From Acidaminococcales bacterium (GTDB lineage Bacteria > Bacillota > Negativicutes > Acidaminococcales > JAISLQ01), in NCBI GenBank assembly GCA_031552765.1, contig JAVBME010000010.1:3704-67703 (forward strand): a DNA stretch of 64,000 nucleotides, written 5' to 3'. The notes under the pieces were generated by a model, which was given only the letters and a program-made list of their open reading frames with translations, was not told where the DNA came from and did no database searches. The position numbers and the translations under genes were made by a program. This document shows, piece by piece, positions 18,525 to 26,823 of the stretch. Within the stretch, counting starts at the first letter, position 1. Every line of letters starts with the position of its first letter.

Positions 18525-19841
18525 ATGAGCAACCTGGACAAAGAAATAAACACCCTGGCCGATAAACTGAAAGAAATTACCATAAAGAGGCGGCGCGACT
18601 TGCATAAACACGCCGAATCGGCCTGGACGGAATTCCGTACCGCCGCTTTCGTGGCGGATACCCTGACCGGGCTTGGCTATCAGGTTATGGCCGGCGGCGA
18701 AGTCATTGAAGAAAGCGCCATGATGGGACTGCCGCCTGCCAAAGACCTGGAAGCGCACATGCAGCGGGCTATAGCCCAGGGCGCCGGCGCCAAATGGGTG
18801 GAAAAAATGAAAGGCGGCAAGACCGGCGTAGTAGGTATAATGAACTTTGCCAAACCCGGCCCCACAGTAGGCCTCCGCTTCGATATGGACTGCAACGACG
18901 CCAGCGAAACGTCCGACGCCAAACACCGGCCCAATATAGAAGGTTTTGCTTCGATAAATAAAGGCTGCATGCACGCCTGCGGCCATGATGGTCATACCGC
19001 CGTCGGCCTGGCTGTCGCCGAGATACTCGCCGGGCTTAAAGGCCAACTGGCCGGCACTGTAAAACTGGTCTTCCAGCCGGCGGAAGAAGGGGTGCGCGGG
19101 GCGCGCGCCATGGTAGAAAAAGGCATCGTGGACGACGTCGACTACATGCTGGGCGCTCATTTTGGCTTCAAAGCCGACAGCACCGGCTCCTATTGCTGCA
19201 ATGTACGCGGCTTTCTTGCCACAAGTAAATTTGACGCCGACTTTACCGGCCTTTCCGCCCACGCCGGCGCGGCGCCGGAAGAAGGCAAAAACGCCCTGTT
19301 GGCGGCGGCCTGCGCTGCGCTCAACCTGCATGCCATTTCCCGCCACGGCAAGGGCGTATCTCGTATAAACGTAGGCGTTTTGAATGCCGGCAGCGGGCGC
19401 AACGTTTTACCGTCCAATGCCGTACTGAAGCTGGAAACGCGCGGCGGCGCCAGCGCAATCAACCAATATATGGCCGAACAATCTGAACGCATAATAAAAG
19501 CGGCGGCCGACATGTATGACGTCAAGGTCGCCATCTCCGAAATGGGCGGCGCGGCCGGCGGCAACAACAGCCCTGAACTCTCCATGCGCCTGGCGGCCAT
19601 AGCCGAGCGCCTCGGTATTTTCAACAAAATCATCCCGGACGTAGATTTTGGCGCCAGCGAAGACTATTCTTACTTTATGGAACGCGTACAGCAAAAAGGC
19701 GGTCAGGCCGCTTATGTCATGGTGGGCGCCAACCTGGCCGCGGGGCATCATGACACCCAGTTTGACTTTGACGAAGAAGCGCTCGGTTTGGCGACCAAGG
19801 TTATCGCCTCTTCCGCCGCCGACCTTTTGCAGGGAGAATAA
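18525..19841 (+). CDS. M20D amidohydrolase (AbgA / N-acyl-amino acid amidohydrolase type)
   Basis: MHACGHDGH motif, FQPAEEG, about 438 aa like AbgA-type enzymes. GGAGGTG RBS. Confidence 0.85.
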   Translation: MSNLDKEINTLADKLKEITIKRRRDLHKHAESAWTEFRTAAFVADTLTGLGYQVMAGGEVIEESAMMGLPPAKDLEAHMQRAIAQGAGAKWVEKMKGGKTGVVGIMNFAKPGPTVGLRFDMDCNDASETSDAKHRPNIEGFASINKGCMHACGHDGHTAVGLAVAEILAGLKGQLAGTVKLVFQPAEEGVRGARAMVEKGIVDDVDYMLGAHFGFKADSTGSYCCNVRGFLATSKFDADFTGLSAHAGAAPEEGKNALLAAACAALNLHAISRHGKGVSRINVGVLNAGSGRNVLPSNAVLKLETRGGASAINQYMAEQSERIIKAAADMYDVKVAISEMGGAAGGNNSPELSMRLAAIAERLGIFNKIIPDVDFGASEDYSYFMERVQQKGGQAAYVMVGANLAAGHHDTQFDFDEEALGLATKVIASSAADLLQGE

Positions 19842-19843
19842 GC

Positions 19844-21082
19844 ATGATAAACAAAGAGCGGCTGGCCAGGAACTTTTCTGCCATCATATCATTTTCCGCC
19901 CCGGGCGAAGGCGTTACCCGCCTAGCCTTCAGTGATGAAGACTGGGCCGCCCGTCAATTCATCCTGGATGAGATGACCAAAGCCGGCCTGTCTATAACCG
20001 TCGACCCGTTCGGCAATATCACAGGCAGGCGCAAAGGCTCATACCCTGATCTGCCAGCGGTCATGCTTGGTTCGCACATAGACAGTGTCCCGGCCGGCGG
20101 TAATTTTGACGGCGTAGCCGGCATACTCACAGCACTGGAAGTGATACATGCCTTAGCGGAAGAAAAATTTCCCAACCATCATCCTATTGAAATAACCCTT
20201 TTTATGGCGGAAGAGTCCAGCCGTTTTGGCGTAGCGACCCTTGGCAGCAAGGCTATGACCGGGCAGCTTTCCGCCGAAGAGTTGAAGAAAATAGCCGACA
20301 AGGACGGCAATACCCTCTATAGTGTGCTGACTGCGCGCGGTCTTAAACCAGACAACATCAAAAACGCTGTTTACAAAAAACCGCTCAAGGCTTTTCTCGA
20401 GCTGCACATCGAACAAGGAAAAGTGCTGGAAACCACCGGCGATAAAATCGGCGTGGTAACAGGCATCGCCGCGCCTACCCGCCTGAAAGCGCTTATCCAC
20501 GGCCACGCCGACCATTCCGGCGCTACGCCCATGAACATGAGAAAAGACGGCCTGGCAGCGGCCGCGCAAATCATCCTCCTGGTGGAAGACCTGGCGAAAA
20601 ATATCGGCCAGTCCTGCGTCGGCACAGTCGGCGTAGTAAAAGCCCAACCTAACGTGATGAACGTCATACCAGGCGAAGTGGAGTTGGGCATAGACTTAAG
20701 GAGCATACATAAAGACGCCAAAACCACCCTGGCCGGCGAAGTAAAAGCGGTCATCGCCGATGTGGCCAAACAACGCGGCCTTGACATTGCCATAAGCGTC
20801 ATCAGTGATGATGAGCCTGTAGTGTTGCCGGAAAGCATGACTGATTTTCTCTCTGACATATGCGACGACCTGAACATAAAACACATAAAGATGCCCAGCG
20901 GCGCCGGGCACGACGCTATGCACATGGCGATGCTTGCCTCTACCGGCATGCTCTTTATACCCTGCAAAGGCGGCATCAGCCACCACAAAGACGAATACGC
21001 CGACATGGACGACATAGTCCGCGGCGCTGAAGTCCTACTGCTGGCGGTTAAAAAACTGTCCATGCAGGAAACAAAACTATAA
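19844..21082 (+). CDS. M20 Zn-amidohydrolase, N-carbamoyl-L-amino acid hydrolase / allantoate amidohydrolase type (paralog of 11242-12498)
   Basis: INKERL N-terminus and GSHIDSVPAGGNFDGVAGI motif. Starts 2 nt after the preceding stop. Confidence 0.85.
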   Translation: MINKERLARNFSAIISFSAPGEGVTRLAFSDEDWAARQFILDEMTKAGLSITVDPFGNITGRRKGSYPDLPAVMLGSHIDSVPAGGNFDGVAGILTALEVIHALAEEKFPNHHPIEITLFMAEESSRFGVATLGSKAMTGQLSAEELKKIADKDGNTLYSVLTARGLKPDNIKNAVYKKPLKAFLELHIEQGKVLETTGDKIGVVTGIAAPTRLKALIHGHADHSGATPMNMRKDGLAAAAQIILLVEDLAKNIGQSCVGTVGVVKAQPNVMNVIPGEVELGIDLRSIHKDAKTTLAGEVKAVIADVAKQRGLDIAISVISDDEPVVLPESMTDFLSDICDDLNIKHIKMPSGAGHDAMHMAMLASTGMLFIPCKGGISHHKDEYADMDDIVRGAEVLLLAVKKLSMQETKL

Positions 21083-21092
21083 CCTAATGCCG

Positions 21093-21123
21093 CAGCCCCA
21101 CGCATTATAAATGCGCGGGGCTG
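21093..21123. terminator. Bidirectional rho-independent terminator
   Basis: cagccccacgcat-tataa-atgcgcggggctg (13-bp stem, one mismatch) followed by ttttgc. Confidence 0.65.
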
Positions 21124-21136
21124 TTTTGCATAGACT

Positions 21137-21592
21137 TTATATCACCGCATAACTCAGGCTGAGTATTACCAGACCTGCGACAAGATTGCCGGCGACAATA
21201 GCGAGAAACGCTTTAGTCGTCTGTAATTCCAGCACGGAGGAAATAACCGCTCCTGACCAGATGCCTGTCCCCGGCAAAGGGATGGCGACAAAGATAAAAA
21301 CGCCCCAGTAACCATATCTTTCCACGACCGTCGATTTTTGCATGGAACGGTCGATAAATTTTTCAAATATACGGCGGACGCTTGGCAGGTTCTTCAGGCA
21401 GTGCATAAAAGGGCTCAAAAGTTTTATCACCAGCAGCGCCGGCAAAGTGGAAAAAACATAGCACAGCCAGAAGGTAGGCCACATCGGCATGCCAAAGCTC
21501 AAACCTACCGGTATTGCCCCTTTAAGCTCTATGAGCGGCAGCATAGACATAAACGCTACTGACAATACCTGCGCAATAGATACATCCTGCAC
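21137..21592 (-). CDS. Small membrane protein, putative small multidrug export (COG2426-like) family
   Basis: 151 aa with 4-5 TM segments. MLPLIELKGAIPVG is typical of that family. Call is from memory. Confidence 0.55.
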   Translation of the reverse strand: MQDVSIAQVLSVAFMSMLPLIELKGAIPVGLSFGMPMWPTFWLCYVFSTLPALLVIKLLSPFMHCLKNLPSVRRIFEKFIDRSMQKSTVVERYGYWGVFIFVAIPLPGTGIWSGAVISSVLELQTTKAFLAIVAGNLVAGLVILSLSYAVI

Positions 21593-21814
21593 AAAGAACC
21601 CCTCTTTCCTGTATCTTCAAAAATATTATAACGGTAAGCGACGCATTTAGCCAGCAGGAAAACAGCGTTATACAAGCCGTTTTTTATCACGGAGATAATG
21701 CGCTAAATAAACTTCATGGACAAAATTCGATAATAGCGATAAGATATTAACAAGTATTATTTTTATACGATATATATTATACGGACACTCGTACAATCAA
21801 AGGAGCGAAAACAC

Positions 21815-23563
21815 GTGTTTAAAAGCATCAAAACAAAAATGATGGTATTTTTTCCGGTACTTATTGTTGTAAGCGGTCTTATTTTAAGTTTTTTCATTAA
21901 AATAAGCTATGAACATCTTCTCATTGACGTCCTCGGCAAAAGGACGTTGACAGTTGCTGAAAGGGCGATAGAGCATATTGACGGCGACGCCTTTAAAAAA
22001 GTAATGGAGCGCGCTCTAAAAGCCACCGGCAATGATGCCATAAAAGAAGACATTCTGCAAATGCCTGAATATGAAAAAATACGGGAAAGCCTGTTGCAAT
22101 TAAAAGACATGTCCGGCGTAAAGTTTATTTTTACCATGGCGCAAGTCCCAGGCGGCAAAGGTTTTATCTATGTTATTGACGGCAACCCGACCGACAGTGA
22201 AGATTTTTCCTCCCCCGGCGATGAAGAAGCGGAAGACGTAGGAGCTGCCCACGCCTATGCTGAAAAAAAAGCCGTCACCGGTGAACTTATCGTGGATGAC
22301 AAATGGGGCGCTTCTGTGGCGGCTTATATACCCATCAAGGATAAATCCGGCGCTATAGTCGGCGTAGTCGGCGTCGACTATGACGCCACAGATATACACA
22401 CCACCATGAAGGGCATAGAAAGAAAAATAATAGCAGTCGTAGCAGGCATCCTTATCTTGGCCGTCCTCTTGAGCTTCCTCTTTGCCCAAAGGATCGTCAA
22501 GCCCCTCCTGGCCTTTGTCGCACACGTCGATACCGTGGCGCAAGGTGATTTCACAAGAAGCATACAAGTAAGCGACCAGGGTGAAATCGGGCACCTTAGC
22601 ACCGCTTTCAACGGCATGACGGAAAACCTCCGGATTCTGGTAAATAAAATCTCCGGCTTTTCTAACAACCTTATCGAATCCGTACAGCAGTCGATAACCA
22701 CTACAGATGAAAATGCCCGCGCCGCTAATATGATAGCGGAATCCACCTCCGGCCTGGCTAAAGGTTCGCACGAACAGCTGCAAACGGTAGAAACCGCACT
22801 TCATATAGTAGAAGAGATAGACGGCATAATCGTAAGGGTCGAGGAAAACGCCAAAAACGCTACGGAAATCGCCAAAGAAACGGTCTCCTCCGCTCAGGAT
22901 GGCTCTAAAGCGGTAGAAACAGCAATGGACCAGATGAGTAATATCGAAAAGAGCGTCAGCAGTTCTTCCCAGGTAGTAAGCCGCCTGGGCGAACGCTCCA
23001 AAGAAATCGGACAAATCATCCAGGTCATAGCCGGTATCGCTGACCAGACAAATCTTTTGGCGCTGAACGCCGCCATCGAAGCTGCGCGCGCCGGAGAGCA
23101 GGGCCGCGGTTTTGCCGTAGTCGCCGAAGAGGTAAGAAAACTGGCCGAGCAGTCGCAGACCTCCGCCACCCAGATCGCCGGTCTGATAAAGCACATACAG
23201 TCCGAGACGGACGAAGCGGTAATCAGCATGCAGGCCGGCAACCGTGAAGTAAGCGTCGGTATAGAGGTCGTCAATGATGCCGGCAAACGCTTCCAGGACA
23301 TTGTTACCATGATCAACCGCGTAGCAGAGCAGGTAAACGGCATTTCGCAATTTATCAGCGACGTATCGGTCGGCAGCGACAAGATAATTGCCGCCGTCAA
23401 GAACATAGAAACAGTGGGGCGCAAAAGCGTCGACGAAACAGCCAATGTATCGGCCGCCGCCCAACAGCAATCCGCCTCTACTCAAGAACTGGCCGCACTC
23501 AGCCACAGCTTGTCGCGCATGGCGGAAGAAATGAAAGCCGCTATAAACCAATTCCGAGTATGA
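21815..23563 (+). CDS. Methyl-accepting chemotaxis protein with extracytoplasmic Cache-like sensor, HAMP and MCP signalling domain
   Basis: TM - about 190-aa ectodomain - TM - HAMP, then the conserved [38 protein letters not shown] core. GTG start with an AAAGGAG RBS. Confidence 0.9.
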   Translation: MFKSIKTKMMVFFPVLIVVSGLILSFFIKISYEHLLIDVLGKRTLTVAERAIEHIDGDAFKKVMERALKATGNDAIKEDILQMPEYEKIRESLLQLKDMSGVKFIFTMAQVPGGKGFIYVIDGNPTDSEDFSSPGDEEAEDVGAAHAYAEKKAVTGELIVDDKWGASVAAYIPIKDKSGAIVGVVGVDYDATDIHTTMKGIERKIIAVVAGILILAVLLSFLFAQRIVKPLLAFVAHVDTVAQGDFTRSIQVSDQGEIGHLSTAFNGMTENLRILVNKISGFSNNLIESVQQSITTTDENARAANMIAESTSGLAKGSHEQLQTVETALHIVEEIDGIIVRVEENAKNATEIAKETVSSAQDGSKAVETAMDQMSNIEKSVSSSSQVVSRLGERSKEIGQIIQVIAGIADQTNLLALNAAIEAARAGEQGRGFAVVAEEVRKLAEQSQTSATQIAGLIKHIQSETDEAVISMQAGNREVSVGIEVVNDAGKRFQDIVTMINRVAEQVNGISQFISDVSVGSDKIIAAVKNIETVGRKSVDETANVSAAAQQQSASTQELAALSHSLSRMAEEMKAAINQFRV

Positions 23564-23570
23564 TAAAAAA

Positions 23571-23596
23571 AGCCCTCTGAGCGTGCTCAGAGGGCT
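23571..23596. terminator. Bidirectional rho-independent terminator
   Basis: aaaaaaagccctctgagcgtgctcagagggcttttt: GC stem flanked by an A-run and a T-run between convergent genes. Confidence 0.75.
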
Positions 23597-23611
23597 TTTT
23601 GGGCGGATAAA

Positions 23612-24037
23612 TCAAATATTCACGTCAATAAGGGCGGATACGCCTACGCCTTGTACACGGTTGAACTTCAGCGGGTTCATACTGTCGCTCGGTATAAGCG
23701 CGCGGACGCGCACACTGCCTAAAAGACGCCCTTCCAACTGCAGCACCGCCTCGGTACGGTCTACCAGAGCCTTGCTGCCTGTTACCTGCACGGCGCCTAT
23801 CTGCTTACCGTCGCCAATGCTGATGATAGGCACTACCTTAGTAGCATAGTCATTGCCGGCGCCTTTTTGCAGTGTGATTTTATTGATGAAGCTGTTTATC
23901 TCGCCGCCGAACATCTTTACTACAGCCCCAATGCCGCCGACCTTAAAAATGTCGCCCAATACACTGGCCTGGCTTACCGCCGGGACGGCACAAAGCAAAA
24001 CAAGCGCAATAACCGCAGTCAAACAACTTTTTTTCAT
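23612..24037 (-). CDS. Hypothetical exported protein
   Basis: 141 aa. Signal peptide ending SQA-SV. I recognise no family. Confidence 0.5.
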   Translation of the reverse strand: MKKSCLTAVIALVLLCAVPAVSQASVLGDIFKVGGIGAVVKMFGGEINSFINKITLQKGAGNDYATKVVPIISIGDGKQIGAVQVTGSKALVDRTEAVLQLEGRLLGSVRVRALIPSDSMNPLKFNRVQGVGVSALIDVNI

Positions 24038-24200
24038 ATAATTACCCCTCCTTTATTGTTTCTTTCGACACACTCCGAGCCATTACCTGTTTGACAATAA
24101 AGAAAACAACTAGCGAGTTTACTATAAAATATAGTATAATTTTTTCTGTAAAAAACCTTTACGGCTGTTCTTTTCTATAATATAGCGCAGAGGTGCTCAT

Positions 24201-24575
24201 ATGGAAAAAATAATTTTTGTTGCTTTAGGCGGTGCAGCGGGCGCCGTAGCGCGCTATTTGACTTCCCTTTGGTTTTTGGGGCGCTTTGGCGCTGTTTTTC
24301 CTTTCGCTACGCTTTGCGTAAACATTGCCGGCTGCCTGCTCATCGGCTTTGTCATGACCCTTGCAACGGAAAAGATGACGTTGCCTGAATACTGGCGCTT
24401 CCTGGCGGTCATCGGTTTTGCCGGCGGCCTTACTACCTTTTCTGCCTATAGCTATGAAACATGGCTGCTTTTGCAAAACGCCAAAATAATACCCGCCCTG
24501 GCCAATGTAGTATTGAATGTAACGTTAGGCTTCGCCGCCACGGCACTGGGAGCTTTCGCCGCAAGAAGCATCTGA
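24201..24575 (+). CDS. crcB: Fluoride ion channel CrcB/Fluc
   Basis: 124 aa with 4 TM. ALGGAAGAVARY N-terminus and GFAGGLTTFS motif. Confidence 0.85.
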   Translation: MEKIIFVALGGAAGAVARYLTSLWFLGRFGAVFPFATLCVNIAGCLLIGFVMTLATEKMTLPEYWRFLAVIGFAGGLTTFSAYSYETWLLLQNAKIIPALANVVLNVTLGFAATALGAFAARSI

Positions 24576-24593
24576 CTTTTAGGAGGAATAACA

Positions 24594-25562
24594 TTGCTGA
24601 AAATAAAAACCCTGCTGCCAGGTATTATGCTGGCAGCCCTTTTGGCCTTTCCCGCCACCATCCTTGGCAAATACCTGCCGCTTGTCGGCGCGCCCGTCAT
24701 CGGCATCCTCTTAGGCATGCTCTTGGCCGGGATACAACGTCCGGACAAATTAAACGACGGTATAAAATTTACCGCAAAAATAATCCTGCAATACTCCATA
24801 ATACTCTTAGGCTTTGAAATGAACTTTTTCAACGTCCTCAAAGCCGGCCGGGAATCACTCGTCATCATGGCGTTTACCTTGAGCGCCGCTTTCTTAACCG
24901 CCTATATCGCCAGCAAAGCCCTAAAAGTCCCCGCCAAGGCCGCCACGCTCATCGGCGTCGGCACTGCCATTTGCGGCGGTTCGGCCATAGCAGCGACCGC
25001 GCCGGTCATAAAAGCCGACGAAAAAGAAGTAGCGCATGCCATATCCACCATATTTTTCTTCAATATCATCGCCGCTTTTCTCTTTCCTTTTCTCGGCCAC
25101 CTCATGCAGATGGACGATATCCATTTCGGCCTATGGGCCGGTACAGCCATAAACGATACCTCTTCGGTCGTAGCCGCCGGCTATTCTTACAGTGACGAAG
25201 CCGGCAGGCTTGCAGTAATAGTAAAGCTGGCCAGGACGCTCATGATCATCCCCATCACCCTTTTCCTCGCTTTTTTTACTGCCAAGCAGAACGCCGGCAA
25301 CAATTATAGCATAAAAAAAATATTCCCCTGGTTTATCGTCGGTTTTCTTCTCACTGCCTTGTTCCACACTTTCCAGCCCTTGCCGTCTATAGATAAAGCA
25401 TTGGTCCAGTGCGGTAAATACATGATAGTGATGGCGATGGCCGCCATAGGCCTCAACACTAACCTGCCGGAACTGATAAGAAATAGCGGTCGCTCACTCC
25501 TCCTCGGTTTTTCCTGCTGGGTCGTCCTGTCTATCGTCGCCTTGCTTTGCCTCAATATGTAA
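24594..25562 (+). CDS. YeiH/UPF0324 family membrane protein (putative sulfate-exporter family)
   Basis: 322 aa polytopic. GVGTAICGGSAIAA motif typical of the family. TTG start with an AGGAGG RBS. Confidence 0.75.
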   Translation: MLKIKTLLPGIMLAALLAFPATILGKYLPLVGAPVIGILLGMLLAGIQRPDKLNDGIKFTAKIILQYSIILLGFEMNFFNVLKAGRESLVIMAFTLSAAFLTAYIASKALKVPAKAATLIGVGTAICGGSAIAATAPVIKADEKEVAHAISTIFFFNIIAAFLFPFLGHLMQMDDIHFGLWAGTAINDTSSVVAAGYSYSDEAGRLAVIVKLARTLMIIPITLFLAFFTAKQNAGNNYSIKKIFPWFIVGFLLTALFHTFQPLPSIDKALVQCGKYMIVMAMAAIGLNTNLPELIRNSGRSLLLGFSCWVVLSIVALLCLNM

Positions 25563-25739
25563 AAATCCCTCCAACCCTCCACCACAAACCGGTAATAGTA
25601 TCGGAAAACTATGAAAATAGACGAAGATATAAAACTCTTTCTCGACGCCCTGGGTAAAGATGACGAACTGGTCGGCGAGCGATTGCAAGTCTTATCCAGG
25701 ATATTAAAAGAAATGGGTTATTGATGCCGCAAAATGAAA

Positions 25740-25761
25740 CTGCCGCCCGGCCGGGCGGCAG
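25740..25761. terminator. Bidirectional rho-independent terminator
   Basis: ctgccgcccgg/ccgggcggcag palindrome followed by ttcttctttgtttt, just before the convergent glsA stop. Confidence 0.65.
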
Positions 25762-25782
25762 TTCTTCTTTGTTTTCAAGCGG

Positions 25783-26700
25783 TCAGAATATACTAAGGTC
25801 AAATTCCCTGGATAATTCCTGCAACAGCTTCTTGCCGGCAACACTAGTGCCTTTTTTATTCAAAGACGGGCCATACACGCCAATGCCAAACCTGCCGGGG
25901 ACGACCGACAAAATACCGCCACCCACCCCGCTTTTGGAAGGCAGGCCAACATTGACGGCGAATTCGCCGGATTCGTCATACATGCCGCACAAAGTCATAG
26001 TAGCTTTGACCGTCCTGGCTGTTTCCGCCCCAAATAGCTTTTCCCCTGCCGGCGTCCGGCCGTTTTGCGCCAGCACCAGGCCCATATTGGCTAAATCTTT
26101 CACCGTCACAGATAAAGAACATATCTTGAAATACACATCCAGCAGTTCTTCTATATCCTCGTCTTTGATGATAAGTGAACTTTTCATAAAGTAGGCCAAT
26201 GCCCGGTTGCGCGAGCCGGTCTTTTTCTCCGACAGGTAAACGCCCTCAGCCACCTCGATATCGCTATTGCCGGACATCTTGCGGACAAATTCCCGTACGC
26301 GCACAAACTTATCCTCAGGGTCAGCGCCTTTAATAAGGGTTATACAGGCGATAGCGCCGGCGTTGATAAAAGGGTTCAGCGGCCGGTGCTTATTCTTTGT
26401 CTCTAAGTTGACGATGGAATTAAAACCGTCGCTGGTTGGCTCAAAACTGACTTTTTTGCCAACTTCACTCTTTCCGGCATCTAAGAGACAGCAAATAAAA
26501 ATAGCTACCTTGGCGATACTCTGGATGGTAAACTTCTGGCTATAGTCGCCCGCCTGGCATTGATTGCCCTCTTTGTCCAGCACGCAAACGGCAAGCTGCT
26601 CTTTATCCGCCTTCCCAAGCTCCGGTATATAGCTGGCCACTTCGCCCTTTTTGGTATAAGGCCGGCATTTTGCAACAAGATCTTCTATTTTCTTCTGCAT
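25783..26700 (-). CDS. glsA: Glutaminase A
   Basis: YIPELGKAD, FTIQSIAKV (Ser-x-x-Lys) and PSKSGVGGGI motifs. Start placed at ATG 26700 (GGGAG RBS) rather than the listed 26772. Confidence 0.9.
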   Translation of the reverse strand: MQKKIEDLVAKCRPYTKKGEVASYIPELGKADKEQLAVCVLDKEGNQCQAGDYSQKFTIQSIAKVAIFICCLLDAGKSEVGKKVSFEPTSDGFNSIVNLETKNKHRPLNPFINAGAIACITLIKGADPEDKFVRVREFVRKMSGNSDIEVAEGVYLSEKKTGSRNRALAYFMKSSLIIKDEDIEELLDVYFKICSLSVTVKDLANMGLVLAQNGRTPAGEKLFGAETARTVKATMTLCGMYDESGEFAVNVGLPSKSGVGGGILSVVPGRFGIGVYGPSLNKKGTSVAGKKLLQELSREFDLSIF

Positions 26701-26777
26701 AAAACTCCCTGTCCCCCACATAATTTCTAAAAAACAAATTCGCCGCCAAAAGCATTTTTCCTTTTTACGCAAAAAAA

Positions 26778-26810
26778 CAGACCGCCCAGTTAATTTTTAA
26801 AGGCGGCCTG
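26778..26810 (-). terminator. Candidate terminator of flgE
   Basis: caggccgcc...ggcggtctg stem (one G-U) on the - strand, followed by U7. Confidence 0.55.
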
Positions 26811-26823
26811 TTTGTATCATAAC

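Noticed and set aside
24040-24200. Fluoride riboswitch upstream of crcB
   Set aside because: I looked for the conserved crcB-motif elements (GGnGAUGG...AAACnGCC...GAUG...CUAC) on the + strand and found none. The region looks like a plain AT-rich promoter.
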